From a virus (taxonomy: Duplodnaviria; Caudoviricetes): DNA of 64,000 nt. Of this stretch, positions 1 through 10,000 are shown piece by piece. The first letter of the stretch is position 1. Each line of letters begins with the position of its first letter. The DNA lies in IMG/VR virus record IMGVR_UViG_3300021254_001514, positions 18,853 through 82,852 of that record; one strand, written 5' to 3'. The translations under genes and the position numbers were made by a program. The notes below the pieces were generated by a model. The model did no database searches, had not been told where the DNA came from, and saw only the letters and a program-made list of their open reading frames with translations.

Positions 1-2
1 TT

Positions 3-641
3 TACGAAACAATGAAAACCTTTGGTTATGTTGAGGTTGATGAGTTTGGAAACAGCTTTTATAAAGAAGAAGCCTTTAGTTTAGGAAAACGATTATTTAA
101 AGTAATTAAAACCTGTATTGATGACTTCGTTCTTGATAAGGATTATAAATTAAATATTGAACAAGCTCCCGCTGAGCAGGCGGCAGTTAAAATGCAAGCC
201 GCAGATAAATATTTATATCCTAAAGAAGTTGTTGAAGATTTGCCTCTTTATGGAAATCAATGGATTCCTCTTGGTATCAAAGCTACAATAGCAGAGCGTA
301 CAAGAATTTGTGCAGCTTTTGATTCTTATTGTAACGGTGGTTCCATCGAACACATAAATGTTGATGCTCCTTTTGAAAACTTTGAACAAGCTTGGCATAT
401 GCTTAATTGGGTGGCTGAACAAGGAGTAACTTATTTTGCTTTTAATGGAAAAATTTCTCAGTGTAAAAATAAGCACAGTTTCTATGGAGAAATTTGCCCA
501 AAGTGCGGAGAACCAAAAGATTTGGAATATACTAGAATTGTAGGTTTTTATGTTCCAACTATTACTTGGTCAGAGCAAAGAAAGCAAGAAGGGCTATTGC
601 GAGAATGGATGCCCGTTAATGAAAAAGGAGAGCTTGCTTGA
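3..641 (+). CDS. nrdD: Anaerobic ribonucleoside-triphosphate reductase (class III RNR), C-terminal part; gene begins before the window
   Basis: Frame is open from the window edge. C-terminal Zn-ribbon (C..H..CPKCG) is followed by the glycyl-radical loop YTRIVGFY. NrdG lies downstream. Confidence 0.9.
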   Translation, partial: YETMKTFGYVEVDEFGNSFYKEEAFSLGKRLFKVIKTCIDDFVLDKDYKLNIEQAPAEQAAVKMQAADKYLYPKEVVEDLPLYGNQWIPLGIKATIAERTRICAAFDSYCNGGSIEHINVDAPFENFEQAWHMLNWVAEQGVTYFAFNGKISQCKNKHSFYGEICPKCGEPKDLEYTRIVGFYVPTITWSEQRKQEGLLREWMPVNEKGELA

Positions 642-877
642 TGAACATAATTGATAAACCAGTTAAAACAAAAATTTTAATGCCTGAGGTGCCGGCAAAG
701 AGAGTTCGGCACCTCGTAGAGGTAATAAAAAATATGGATGACAATGATCCAGTTACCTTACAATTTTTATTAGTTGCGCTTTTCCCTAATGTTTGGAATA
801 ATATAAAACAATACGCTACAGACTGCTATACAAACGGATATATTCAAGGACTTGAGGATGCAAAAAATGAGAATTAA
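638..877 (+). CDS. Hypothetical protein (79 aa)
   Basis: Overlaps the nrdD stop (TTGATGA coupling) and has a GGAG RBS. Confidence 0.7.
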   Translation: MMNIIDKPVKTKILMPEVPAKRVRHLVEVIKNMDDNDPVTLQFLLVALFPNVWNNIKQYATDCYTNGYIQGLEDAKNEN

Positions 878-1400
878 GAATCTGATAGATGAAGATTTTA
901 TTAACTATAAGCTCCCATCTATGTATATAGCTTTTCCAAGTTGCTCCTTCAAATGCGACAGAGAAAACGGTTGTGCTTTATGTCAAAACTCTCATTTAAC
1001 AAAAGAAAAAGACATAGTTATAGAGAAAGAAGAGTTAGTGGAAAGATACTTGAAAAACCCCATAACAAGCGCAATCGTATTGGCCGGACTAGAACCTTTT
1101 GATAGTGAATTTGATTTACTACCTTTTATTGATTGTCTTCGACGAAAATATGATTGCAAAGATACTGTGGTAATTTATACTGGTTATACAGAAGAAGAAT
1201 TAAAAAAAGGTGAGTTTGGCACTGGAGAAAATAGTGAATTAAAATCTAAATATTGGGAAGAGCTAATTGGCTACGGAAATATAATCGTAAAATTTGGACG
1301 TTTTAGACCTAATAATAAGAAACATTTTGATAATGTATTAGGAGTTTATTTGTGTAGTGACAATCAATATGCTAAGGAGTATATTAATGAAAGTTTGTGA
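867..1400 (+). CDS. nrdG: Anaerobic RNR activating protein (radical SAM)
   Basis: Cys cluster CSFKC..GCALC, GLEP, VVIYTGY, and the C-terminal KFGRF..LCSDNQY typical of NrdG. Start placed after GAGG RBS. Confidence 0.85.
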   Translation: MRIKNLIDEDFINYKLPSMYIAFPSCSFKCDRENGCALCQNSHLTKEKDIVIEKEELVERYLKNPITSAIVLAGLEPFDSEFDLLPFIDCLRRKYDCKDTVVIYTGYTEEELKKGEFGTGENSELKSKYWEELIGYGNIIVKFGRFRPNNKKHFDNVLGVYLCSDNQYAKEYINESL

Positions 1401-1581
1401 AAGCGCGGATAAGGAACTTGTAAAAGAAGTAAGAAAACAGTTAAAAGAAAATAACGGATATTGCCCTTGCGCGCTTATAAAAGATGAAAATACAAAATGT
1501 ATGTGTGCAGATTTTAGAGAAAAAATTAAAAATCAAATCCCTGGGGAATGTATATGCGGTTTATTTGAGGTGATAGTATGA
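1387..1581 (+). CDS. Ferredoxin-thioredoxin reductase catalytic-subunit-like Fe-S protein
   Basis: GYCPC, CMC and ECICGLF motifs with the FTR-beta Cys spacing. Confidence 0.7.
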   Translation: MKVCESADKELVKEVRKQLKENNGYCPCALIKDENTKCMCADFREKIKNQIPGECICGLFEVIV

Positions 1582-2177
1582 GTGTTGTTAAAATAGATGA
1601 TTGCGGGCCAGTTAGTAACTGTATGGTATATGGATTAACTGAAAGTATTAAAAGAGCTAAATATCCTATGGCAGAAGATGTAAAAAAAGTGAATGATTCG
1701 CTAACTAATGGAATACGTTCTCTTGGAAAAAGTGTTCGTGGAGAAGGACATGACCAGTGGTTAACTGGTATTATTGTTCAATTTGATCTAACCTTTTCCA
1801 ATAAAGCTTGGGTAGAAATGGAAAGATACCATTTTATAGATTTCGTAAGCTCTCAAAGCACTATGCATAAGATTACTTCTTTTGATTTAGATTATGCTTA
1901 TAATAGTTATGTAGATAGAAGAATAGTAGAAATTATAAAAGAAAAAGTTGAAGAATATAACAATATACCGGACAATTCACCTGAAAAACGAAAAGATAAA
2001 TATTTAGAAATTTTGTATAGTAACCCCGCTGGTTTTAGACTAACCGCTGGTATAACAACCAATTATCGTCAGTTAAAAACAATTTACAAACAAAGAAAAA
2101 ACCATCGCTTACCAGAGTGGCGAGCCTTTTGTAGGTGGATAGAAACTTTACCATATAGCGAATTTTTAACGGTTTAA
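1578..2177 (+). CDS. thyX: Divergent flavin-dependent thymidylate synthase (ThyX-like)
   Basis: ERYHFIDFVSSQSTMH (variant of the ThyX RHRxxSxxxxS motif) and TNYRQLKTIYKQRKNHRLPEW; nucleotide-metabolism context. Confidence 0.7.
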   Translation: MSVVKIDDCGPVSNCMVYGLTESIKRAKYPMAEDVKKVNDSLTNGIRSLGKSVRGEGHDQWLTGIIVQFDLTFSNKAWVEMERYHFIDFVSSQSTMHKITSFDLDYAYNSYVDRRIVEIIKEKVEEYNNIPDNSPEKRKDKYLEILYSNPAGFRLTAGITTNYRQLKTIYKQRKNHRLPEWRAFCRWIETLPYSEFLTV

Positions 2178-2180
2178 AAT

Positions 2181-2209
2181 TTGATTTTTTGTCCATTATT
2201 TGGTATAAT
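2181..2209 (+). promoter_or_regulatory. Sigma-A/70-type promoter
   Basis: TTGATT-17 nt-TATAAT upstream of the AAGGAG RBS of the 2242 gene. Confidence 0.7.
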
Positions 2210-2241
2210 AATTATATAAGGAATTAAAAGGAGATAAAAGA

Positions 2242-2460
2242 ATGATTTTTGAAGAAACAGTCAAAATTAGTGCCAATGACGAATCTAAAGCTAAGAATAT
2301 AATCGAAGAATACCGTGAAAGAGCCAAGTCTGATGGATCTATTATTAAAAAGGCTGGCTATGAATATAAAACCAAGAAATCAAAAGGTGAAATTATCGCA
2401 GAGGTTTGGGTCGTAACAATTACTCAGGTATTCGGCGATGTTTGGGAGGGTCTAATTTAA
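2242..2460 (+). CDS. Hypothetical protein (72 aa)
   Basis: Strong RBS; stop overlaps the dUTPase start. Confidence 0.75.
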   Translation: MIFEETVKISANDESKAKNIIEEYRERAKSDGSIIKKAGYEYKTKKSKGEIIAEVWVVTITQVFGDVWEGLI

Positions 2461-3350
2461 TGGAAGAAAAAATCAGTACAGAAAAGATAAATGAGCTAGT
2501 AGAATCTCTTGAATCAGTTGTTAATCAAGACGATAGTGTTAAGGCTCTAGTTGAGCTACTCGCTATGCCAGATGAAGAGTTTGAACTACTCGCGCCAGGT
2601 GTTTTACAATCTTACCAGCAGCAACTCAATAATCCAAATGATAGAATCCTTCTTGCTCAATCACTCAATGCTACTGGACAGAAAAGTGAAGATCTTATTG
2701 AAGTATTTAATGAGTTATCTAAGGCTATTGATTTAACTGATTTTACTAAAGTGAAGAGAGATTTCTTAAAGGAATTTTTTGGTTCTCTTGTTAACACTAT
2801 TAATGAAACAGAGGGCATAGCAAAGCGTTACGTAACAGTACCGGTTCAGCTTTGTCATCCAGATGCAAAAATTCCTCAGTATGCTCATATCTCCGACAGC
2901 GGAATGGATGTGTATGCAATAGAAGATATTACTATCCATCCTGGAGAAACTGTCTTAGTAAAAACTGGCATTAAAGTAGCTCTTCCTCCTGGATATGAAC
3001 TTCAAGTTAGACCAAAAAGTGGACTTTCTTTAAAAACAAAAATGAGGGTAGCTAACACACCTGGCACAATAGACCAGGAGTATCGAGATGAAATCGGGGT
3101 TATCATTGATAATATAGACCCTCCTATTAAATCAATCGAAACAGAAGAAGTGTTTAAAGAAGATGGGACTATTGATTATCTTAAAGTAAAATCTATTGTT
3201 TATGGGTCTGATTATTATATAGAAAAAGGACAAAAAATTTGTCAACTTGTACTTTCAGAAGTACCTAAAGCGGCAGTATATACAGTATTAGATGTTAAAA
3301 ATTTTGAGGGTGATAGAAATGGCGGCTTTGGAAGTACCGGAGCTTTCTAA
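2460..3350 (+). CDS. dut: Trimeric dUTPase with long N-terminal extension and internal insertion
   Basis: Motifs SGMDVYA, QVRPKSG, GTIDQEYRDEIGV, KICQLV and RNGGFGSTG. Confidence 0.9.
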   Translation: MEEKISTEKINELVESLESVVNQDDSVKALVELLAMPDEEFELLAPGVLQSYQQQLNNPNDRILLAQSLNATGQKSEDLIEVFNELSKAIDLTDFTKVKRDFLKEFFGSLVNTINETEGIAKRYVTVPVQLCHPDAKIPQYAHISDSGMDVYAIEDITIHPGETVLVKTGIKVALPPGYELQVRPKSGLSLKTKMRVANTPGTIDQEYRDEIGVIIDNIDPPIKSIETEEVFKEDGTIDYLKVKSIVYGSDYYIEKGQKICQLVLSEVPKAAVYTVLDVKNFEGDRNGGFGSTGAF

Positions 3351-3975
3351 AATAGATTTATCTATAATAGTTCCTTGTCATAACCTAGAAAACTACATAA
3401 CTCCACTTTTGGTAAGTCTTGAATTACAAGTTTTATCCAATTATAAAGTAGAAATTATTTTTGTTTGTGATGCCTGTGAAGATGAAACAGCCGGAAAAAT
3501 TAGAAGTTTTCATTTTTATAACTATGAAAGAGTCGAAATCTTAGAGTGTGAAGTATTCTCCGCTGGACTCGCGCGCAACGTAGGTAAAAGAGAAGCCAAA
3601 GGAGAATACACATGGTTTGTTGATGGTGATGACTGGCTTTTATACCCATTTGCAATAGAATGTATCATGGAGAGGCTAATTGAAGAAGGTCGACCAAATG
3701 TACTAAAAATTGCGTATGATTGCCCTGAGTATTTCTATGCAAAGGGAAGCCCCACTATGGTGTGGCAATATATATACAAAACAGATTTTATTAAATATAC
3801 CTCTTTCACAGGAATTAGTCCTCATGAGGACTCTGCATTTAACCAGAGAGTGGGAGAGCTTAATGGTGGTTTAGAGAAATTACCTTTCATTGGTAAACCA
3901 TTATATTATTATAATTTTTTAAGAAAAGGGTCTACAATGCAACAATTCTTTACAAAAGGAAGAATTGACCCTTAA
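3319..3975 (+). CDS. Glycosyltransferase family 2
   Basis: LSIIVPCHN, AGLARNVG..AKGEY.WFVDGDD (DxD motif), HED. Confidence 0.85.
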   Translation: MAALEVPELSKIDLSIIVPCHNLENYITPLLVSLELQVLSNYKVEIIFVCDACEDETAGKIRSFHFYNYERVEILECEVFSAGLARNVGKREAKGEYTWFVDGDDWLLYPFAIECIMERLIEEGRPNVLKIAYDCPEYFYAKGSPTMVWQYIYKTDFIKYTSFTGISPHEDSAFNQRVGELNGGLEKLPFIGKPLYYYNFLRKGSTMQQFFTKGRIDP

Positions 3976-3986
3976 GGAAGGAGTGA

Positions 3987-4712
3987 ATGGCGCGAATAAC
4001 TTTAGAGAGTATCGCGCAGGAACTCGCAAAAGAAAACTGGAAAATTTTGTCAACAGAATATACCAATCTTTCTACAGAAATGTGCTTTGAATGTAATGAG
4101 GGTCATAAGGTCTATACATCATGGGACAAATTGCGTAGAAAGCGCGAGTGTCCTGTGTGTAAACAAAATGAATTAAAAGAAAATAAACCGGTTATATTAA
4201 AAAAGAAAAAAGATAAAAATAGAATCCTTGCACTTGACCAAGCAACGCATAATACCGGTTGGTCTGTGTTTGATGGAGAAGAACTTATAAAATACGGAGT
4301 CTTTAGAGCAGAAGAAGGTTTTGAAAATGAGGCTGAAAGACTTCATGATATAAGAATGTGGCTATTTTCCATGATAGAAAATTGGAAGCCTGATATAGTA
4401 GCAATAGAAGGAATACAATATCAACCTACCATGGGAGTAACGACTTTTCAAACACTCGCTCGATTACAGGGCGTTCTGATAGAATTGTGCTTTGATATGA
4501 AGGTTACTTGCAAAGTTTGTCACAGTAGTACCTGGCGCGCCCACTGTGGAGTTAAGGGAAAACAAAGAAATGATAAAAAACGGTCGATGCAATTACTGGT
4601 AAAAAAATGGTTTGATATAAGCGTCACTGATGATGAATCTGATGCAATAGGTATCGGAAAGTATGCAGCAGACGCCTTCAAAAAACAAACAGAAATTGTT
4701 AATTGGGAATAA
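3987..4712 (+). CDS. RuvC-like Holliday junction resolvase with N-terminal Zn-ribbon
   Basis: ILALDQAT..TGW, VAIEGIQ and DDESDAIGI catalytic motifs; N-terminal C..GH..CPVC. Confidence 0.85.
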   Translation: MARITLESIAQELAKENWKILSTEYTNLSTEMCFECNEGHKVYTSWDKLRRKRECPVCKQNELKENKPVILKKKKDKNRILALDQATHNTGWSVFDGEELIKYGVFRAEEGFENEAERLHDIRMWLFSMIENWKPDIVAIEGIQYQPTMGVTTFQTLARLQGVLIELCFDMKVTCKVCHSSTWRAHCGVKGKQRNDKKRSMQLLVKKWFDISVTDDESDAIGIGKYAADAFKKQTEIVNWE

Positions 4713-4750
4713 AAAGAACCGCTCAGAATTAACTGAGCGGTTCTATTTTT
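4711..4750. terminator. Bidirectional intrinsic terminator between converging modules
   Basis: 12-bp stem AGAACCGCTCAG/CTGAGCGGTTCT flanked by A and T runs. Confidence 0.9.
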
Positions 4751-6981
4751 TATAAAGTCTTTAAGTCTAAAACGTGACTAACTCCTGAAGCGATATAAGT
4801 AATTGTTCCATTTGGTATATCTATTACCCAATTTACATCATTATGAGTATTTGGATCTTTCCCTCTAAGATAGATTTTTGTTACGGTATCCGCCTTATTG
4901 GAGTTTATATCTACGATTGCATCACTAGCAGGCTCTTCTGTATTTATTCCTATAGAATTTTTTCTATAAGAAATCGTTGGTTCTAAAGCAAAAACATTTA
5001 AGAAGTTTGTTGTAAATGTTTTTCTTCTAGTTGCCATAGCAGAGCTTTCAGTGACTAATTTTATAGTAAGACTTTTATCGCTCCAGTCTGTAATGTCACA
5101 ATTAATTGGAGTGTCTAAAGTAGGTGTTTGTGAGGAAAGCGTTATATATGGTGTAATTTGATTACCATCAGAGTCACAAATACAATATTTAATGGTCGTT
5201 GTACTATTGTCTGATATTCCGTAGTCAGTTACAGTACAATTATAATCAAGAGTCCAATTAGTTGGGTCTGATATTTCACAAGAATTTAATTTATAATTAG
5301 GTTTAGTATGTCGAATAGCTGGGTAAGTTTGTGGAACAACTTCAGCGATACCACCATTCTTAACTGTAAAAGTACAGGTATAAGAATCTTGAGTAAGTTC
5401 TTTACAATAAAAACTTAAAGGAATATTAGTTCTTCGTCCTGATAAAATGTCCCATGATGGATTATATCCTTCAGGAAAGTCTGGATAGGATGTTGTACTT
5501 ACTGAAACATTTAAGGGATAAAAAGGTAAATCCGAAAAATAACCAAAACTCAGATTATCTTCAGACCAAAAATCTATAGTAACTTTATTCTCATAAAAGA
5601 TATTTCCAGCCCCTTCCCCTTCCTGTAAATAATGAGAAGAGGGATCAAAAGTTGTCCAAGGCCCTCTTAGAGATCTACTAAAATTAAATTCATGACTTAT
5701 TATATTGGGAGCCTTATCAAAATTTACCTTAAAATCAACCCTTCCATTCTTATTGTTTTTATTACTGTTGTAATATAAATTATCAAAAACACTATTAAAT
5801 CTAATAAAACTTCTTACAGTGTACTGTCCAGCAAAAGGATTAAACCATTTTCTTATATGAGCATAATCACTCACAGTTGTAACACCTTGTTCTGTACGAG
5901 TGTTCCAAACAAAAATATTTTTCTTTTTAGCACTTAATGTAAGTCCATTAACTCCATCTATACCACCTACCATAGCCTCTACAACAAAGCCAGGCACTCC
6001 CGTTGCATCCGGCCCCGAACCTGTTCTGTAAAAGCAAAAACTTACAGATTTTAATGAAAAGTCTTGCTTAAATTGCGCCCAGCCTGTAGATATATAATCG
6101 TCTATAATACCGCCTTTAAGATTTAGATTTATAACTTGATCGTCTGAGTAGGTATCAAAAGCGTTTAGAGTATTATCTGTAAGGCCAGACAATGTTAAAG
6201 TCGTTCCAGTTAGGTCTGGTTCGCCAACCTCAGTAAAAATAGCAGATGGAGAAATCTTTGTAAAATTAGAACCTATATGACTTATCTGAACTTCAACGGT
6301 CGCGCCAGGAGGTACTGAATCACTTAGTTGAATATCTGTATAACATAGAAGCTGTTCTGTTTCTTCTATTGTATGAGTAAAGGTATTATCAATAACATAA
6401 AATGTGCTATCTTTTATGTATCCAACTCTTATTTCAACACTATCATTTGCGGAATCGTCTACATATTGAACAATTCTAATCTTATCTTTTATGTACCCAG
6501 CGGTACTTCCCGGAACATTAGAATTATCAAATTGATTATAAGTAGCTACATTGTCTGATGCAGGAGGTAGCTCTTCAAAATAACCTGATGTAGAAGGAAA
6601 ATATTTAGTATCTTTAGTTCCACCACTATTAGGAAGAAACTCGCATTTTATCCTCCACCGGATTCCTGTATTTTTTAATTTTCCACCATATAAATTAACA
6701 TAAGCCTGCTCTACATCTATCTTTGGTAACTCAATTCTTTCAGTAGTATCAATAGATGTAAGCCCTAATTTAATCGCCTTATTTGGGTGAATATGGCGTG
6801 GTTCAAGAGGATCGTCCAAGGTCTCTTCCATCTCTATAGACAACTCTATCGTTCCTGGTTCATCTACCTGTATTCTCGGAGTCATTCCAGAAGCAAATTG
6901 CATTCTTGGCGCGGGACCTGAATATAGTCCCCACGCAATAAAAGCGTCAACTTGTGCAGCATCAAAACTTATAATTCCCAT
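4750..6981 (-). CDS. Putative tail/receptor-binding structural protein (743 aa)
   Basis: Last gene of the morphogenesis operon; S/T/G-rich, beta-strand-like composition. Confidence 0.55.
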   Translation of the reverse strand: MGIISFDAAQVDAFIAWGLYSGPAPRMQFASGMTPRIQVDEPGTIELSIEMEETLDDPLEPRHIHPNKAIKLGLTSIDTTERIELPKIDVEQAYVNLYGGKLKNTGIRWRIKCEFLPNSGGTKDTKYFPSTSGYFEELPPASDNVATYNQFDNSNVPGSTAGYIKDKIRIVQYVDDSANDSVEIRVGYIKDSTFYVIDNTFTHTIEETEQLLCYTDIQLSDSVPPGATVEVQISHIGSNFTKISPSAIFTEVGEPDLTGTTLTLSGLTDNTLNAFDTYSDDQVINLNLKGGIIDDYISTGWAQFKQDFSLKSVSFCFYRTGSGPDATGVPGFVVEAMVGGIDGVNGLTLSAKKKNIFVWNTRTEQGVTTVSDYAHIRKWFNPFAGQYTVRSFIRFNSVFDNLYYNSNKNNKNGRVDFKVNFDKAPNIISHEFNFSRSLRGPWTTFDPSSHYLQEGEGAGNIFYENKVTIDFWSEDNLSFGYFSDLPFYPLNVSVSTTSYPDFPEGYNPSWDILSGRRTNIPLSFYCKELTQDSYTCTFTVKNGGIAEVVPQTYPAIRHTKPNYKLNSCEISDPTNWTLDYNCTVTDYGISDNSTTTIKYCICDSDGNQITPYITLSSQTPTLDTPINCDITDWSDKSLTIKLVTESSAMATRRKTFTTNFLNVFALEPTISYRKNSIGINTEEPASDAIVDINSNKADTVTKIYLRGKDPNTHNDVNWVIDIPNGTITYIASGVSHVLDLKTL

Positions 6982-7002
6982 TTATCTACCCTCCTTTGTC
7001 TC

Positions 7003-10000
7003 CTACATTATATATAAATTACATCCATTTGTAACAGGTTTATATTGCATCTTATTCTTAATACTTAAACTTCCTTCTACATTAACTTTATCATTATTAA
7101 TAGATATTTCGCTATCCGTCATAGAAATATTAGTATCTTCATCTTTATAAAGTTTTATTTCTTCATTATTTAATTCTAGTTTTGCACCACCAGAACTATC
7201 TATTTTATCTTCATATATATGTAAAGAATCATCACCAGTTGTATATAAATTTCCTAATTCTGCGGCGGAGCCTACGAAACTGGCTGCACCGTTATTAATT
7301 GAGATAAAACTTTCTCCATTGGCGGTAAATCCTGTCTGTCCAATAATAAATACTGGTGTCTGAGTCTGATCCTCATCATAATCAACATCATAGAAAGCAA
7401 TTCCATTAGTAGTGTTAAAGAAACTTAACCCAGGCGCGCCATTTTCGCCAATTCCGTGAATCCTTGAAGCTTCAATGTCTGCACTTCGCACTGTACCTTC
7501 AAAAATTCCTTTATTAGCATACAGTGAACCATTTTTAGTAACTTGAAAAGCAGCATTTCTAATTCCTTCTTCGGTTGTTGAATTAGCGCCACCCCATATA
7601 ATAATTCTGTTCCCGTCATTATCTTCACCACCAAATTTGTCAGAAATTACCGGCGCCATTGTATTAATACCAGCGTAATTATTTCCATCAATTTGAGTAG
7701 TTAAAGAACCATTTAAAAATGCGTTTGAACTATAAAGTCCATAACCACTAACTCCACTAATATTTAAATTACTTAGATTTCCAAGAAAAGCTTTTGTATT
7801 AAAAGTGGCTGAGACAGGTATCTGTTCAGTACCTTCTTGCGCGACTACCTCTGAAATTGTAATTCCCTGACTCTTTAAACTTTCTATGCTATTCTCAGTC
7901 GAATTTATACCGATGACTATTTCGCCATCTTTACCAAGAGATACGATACTGAAAACTTCTGTACTATCTATATTACTTCTAAAAATCGCATTTATATAAG
8001 GATGTCCCTCATCACTAGAGCTACTTATTGAAGTAACTTTTCCCAAACTAACATTTCTACCATTACTATTAATTACATAGATATAATCGCCTACACTTCC
8101 ACTGTATTCTTCTTCTAAATAAATAGTTCCGCTATTTTCGGTTATATCTGTCGATTCAACTTTGTAAGCAGTCTTGAAAAACATGACGCCGCCAACTACT
8201 TGTGTTTTGTCTGTTTCAAATATTACACTGGAAATTTTACCTCTAGCTTGGATATTATTAAACACTGCTAACTCAGGAGAAATACTGAACGCTTGTCCAC
8301 CATTAGCTTCAATAGTAGAATCGGTTCCATTAAGAACTATATCCCCTACAGTAATAGAAGTTTGGTTGCTCTCTGTTCCATCATCACTTTCTATTTTTAT
8401 ATAAGGATCAAAGTTATCTTCAGTGCCTTCTCCGGCTTTTGAGTAGATACCCTTCTCTCCAATAGTAAATCCACCAATACTACCTGTACTAGCAGAAATT
8501 TCTCCGCTAAAAGTACCTTCTTTAGCAACAATAGAACCATCTTCATAAACAATAAAATTATCACTAGAGTTGATGACTTGCGCCTTGTCTTCTCCTTGCG
8601 CGATCCCTAAGTTGCCGATTTTTACATCATATACTTGTGTTTCTCCACCAGAAGTATCTTCTCTATGTACGATATGTAACTTATCTTCAAGCCATAACTC
8701 CCCGTTATCTTTTGCCTCAAGTACAGTATTACCATCAGCGTCATTTATAACCATACCATACTTAGTTGCTTCATTAGGGTCGTTAATCCTACCAATCTTT
8801 ATTCGGTCTATAGTTTGAACTTCTCCAGACACTTCTTTATTTTGACTAACTAAAATATCGTTATCTGTAGAAATTTCTACCTGACCCTGTCCGGTTATAC
8901 TTTTTAAGAAGAATCCTTTCCAAGTAAGACCAAATCTTCCATCATCCCAAATGGCTTGTTCATTAGCTGGTACATAATTCGCGCCATCTAGCGCCTTGTT
9001 CATACCATAGACACCGTACTGATCAAATCTTACAAATTTACCAAAGTTAGCGCCACTCTCTGTATGGTTATAAGCAGTAATACCTTCTGTATCCCAGCGG
9101 AAAGTAGGATAGTTTCCATCAATTATAACTACTTCTTTAGTATCAAGCTGTCCAGAGGTTATTAAATTAGCAGAAACACCATTTCCATTAACCGCACTTG
9201 TCCATGTAGTGCCACCGTCTGTAGTAACAAAGACACCACCTGAAGTTACTTTTGTTTTATAATTTGGATTCTGTGAATTTGATACAGTAATTCCGGTAGA
9301 GTCATTTTTTACAAGTTCGTTCTTTGCGCTATATACTAAGTTTTGATTCGCTTGAAGAGAGGCTTCTAATGTAGATGCTTGGATAGTTCCTTGAGTTGTC
9401 ACTACATTTGCGGCCCGCGCATATTGTCCGGAAGCAAATTGTAAAGCCTGCGTCTGCGCGGTAATTCTTTGGAATAATTCTTCAAACTGAGTCTTATAAT
9501 TCTGAATTTTAAATGAATCTTTTTCAGGTTCATCAAAATTGTAAGTAACTTCAGAAATTAAAACCTTTTCCTTATAAGGAGTTTTAATACCATTTATGTA
9601 GACATATCCAAAGAAATCAGTATCTATAATAGATCCTATATCACCTAAATTAAATACCTTACTCTTAAATTCCTCAAGAGCGTCTAATTTTAAAACAGAT
9701 ATGTTATAACTAACCTGAGGACGAGAAGAAGTATAAGCAACACTCAAAGCATCTAAATAATATAAATTATCATCTTCATAGTCATCACTATACCAAGTTC
9801 CTTCTTGAATAAAGCGAGAATACTTATTAAAAAACTTTTCATTTAAAGCCTTAATTTGGTCACTATAACCTTCTTGTTCTTCTTCTTTTTCTTCTATATC
9901 TTCGTTAAGCTTGTTGTATGCAGAAGTTAATTTAGTAATTTGGTCGTTAATAAAAGGAAGGCTATCTTGTAGTGAGGCTATTGCTGCCACTTTTGTATAA

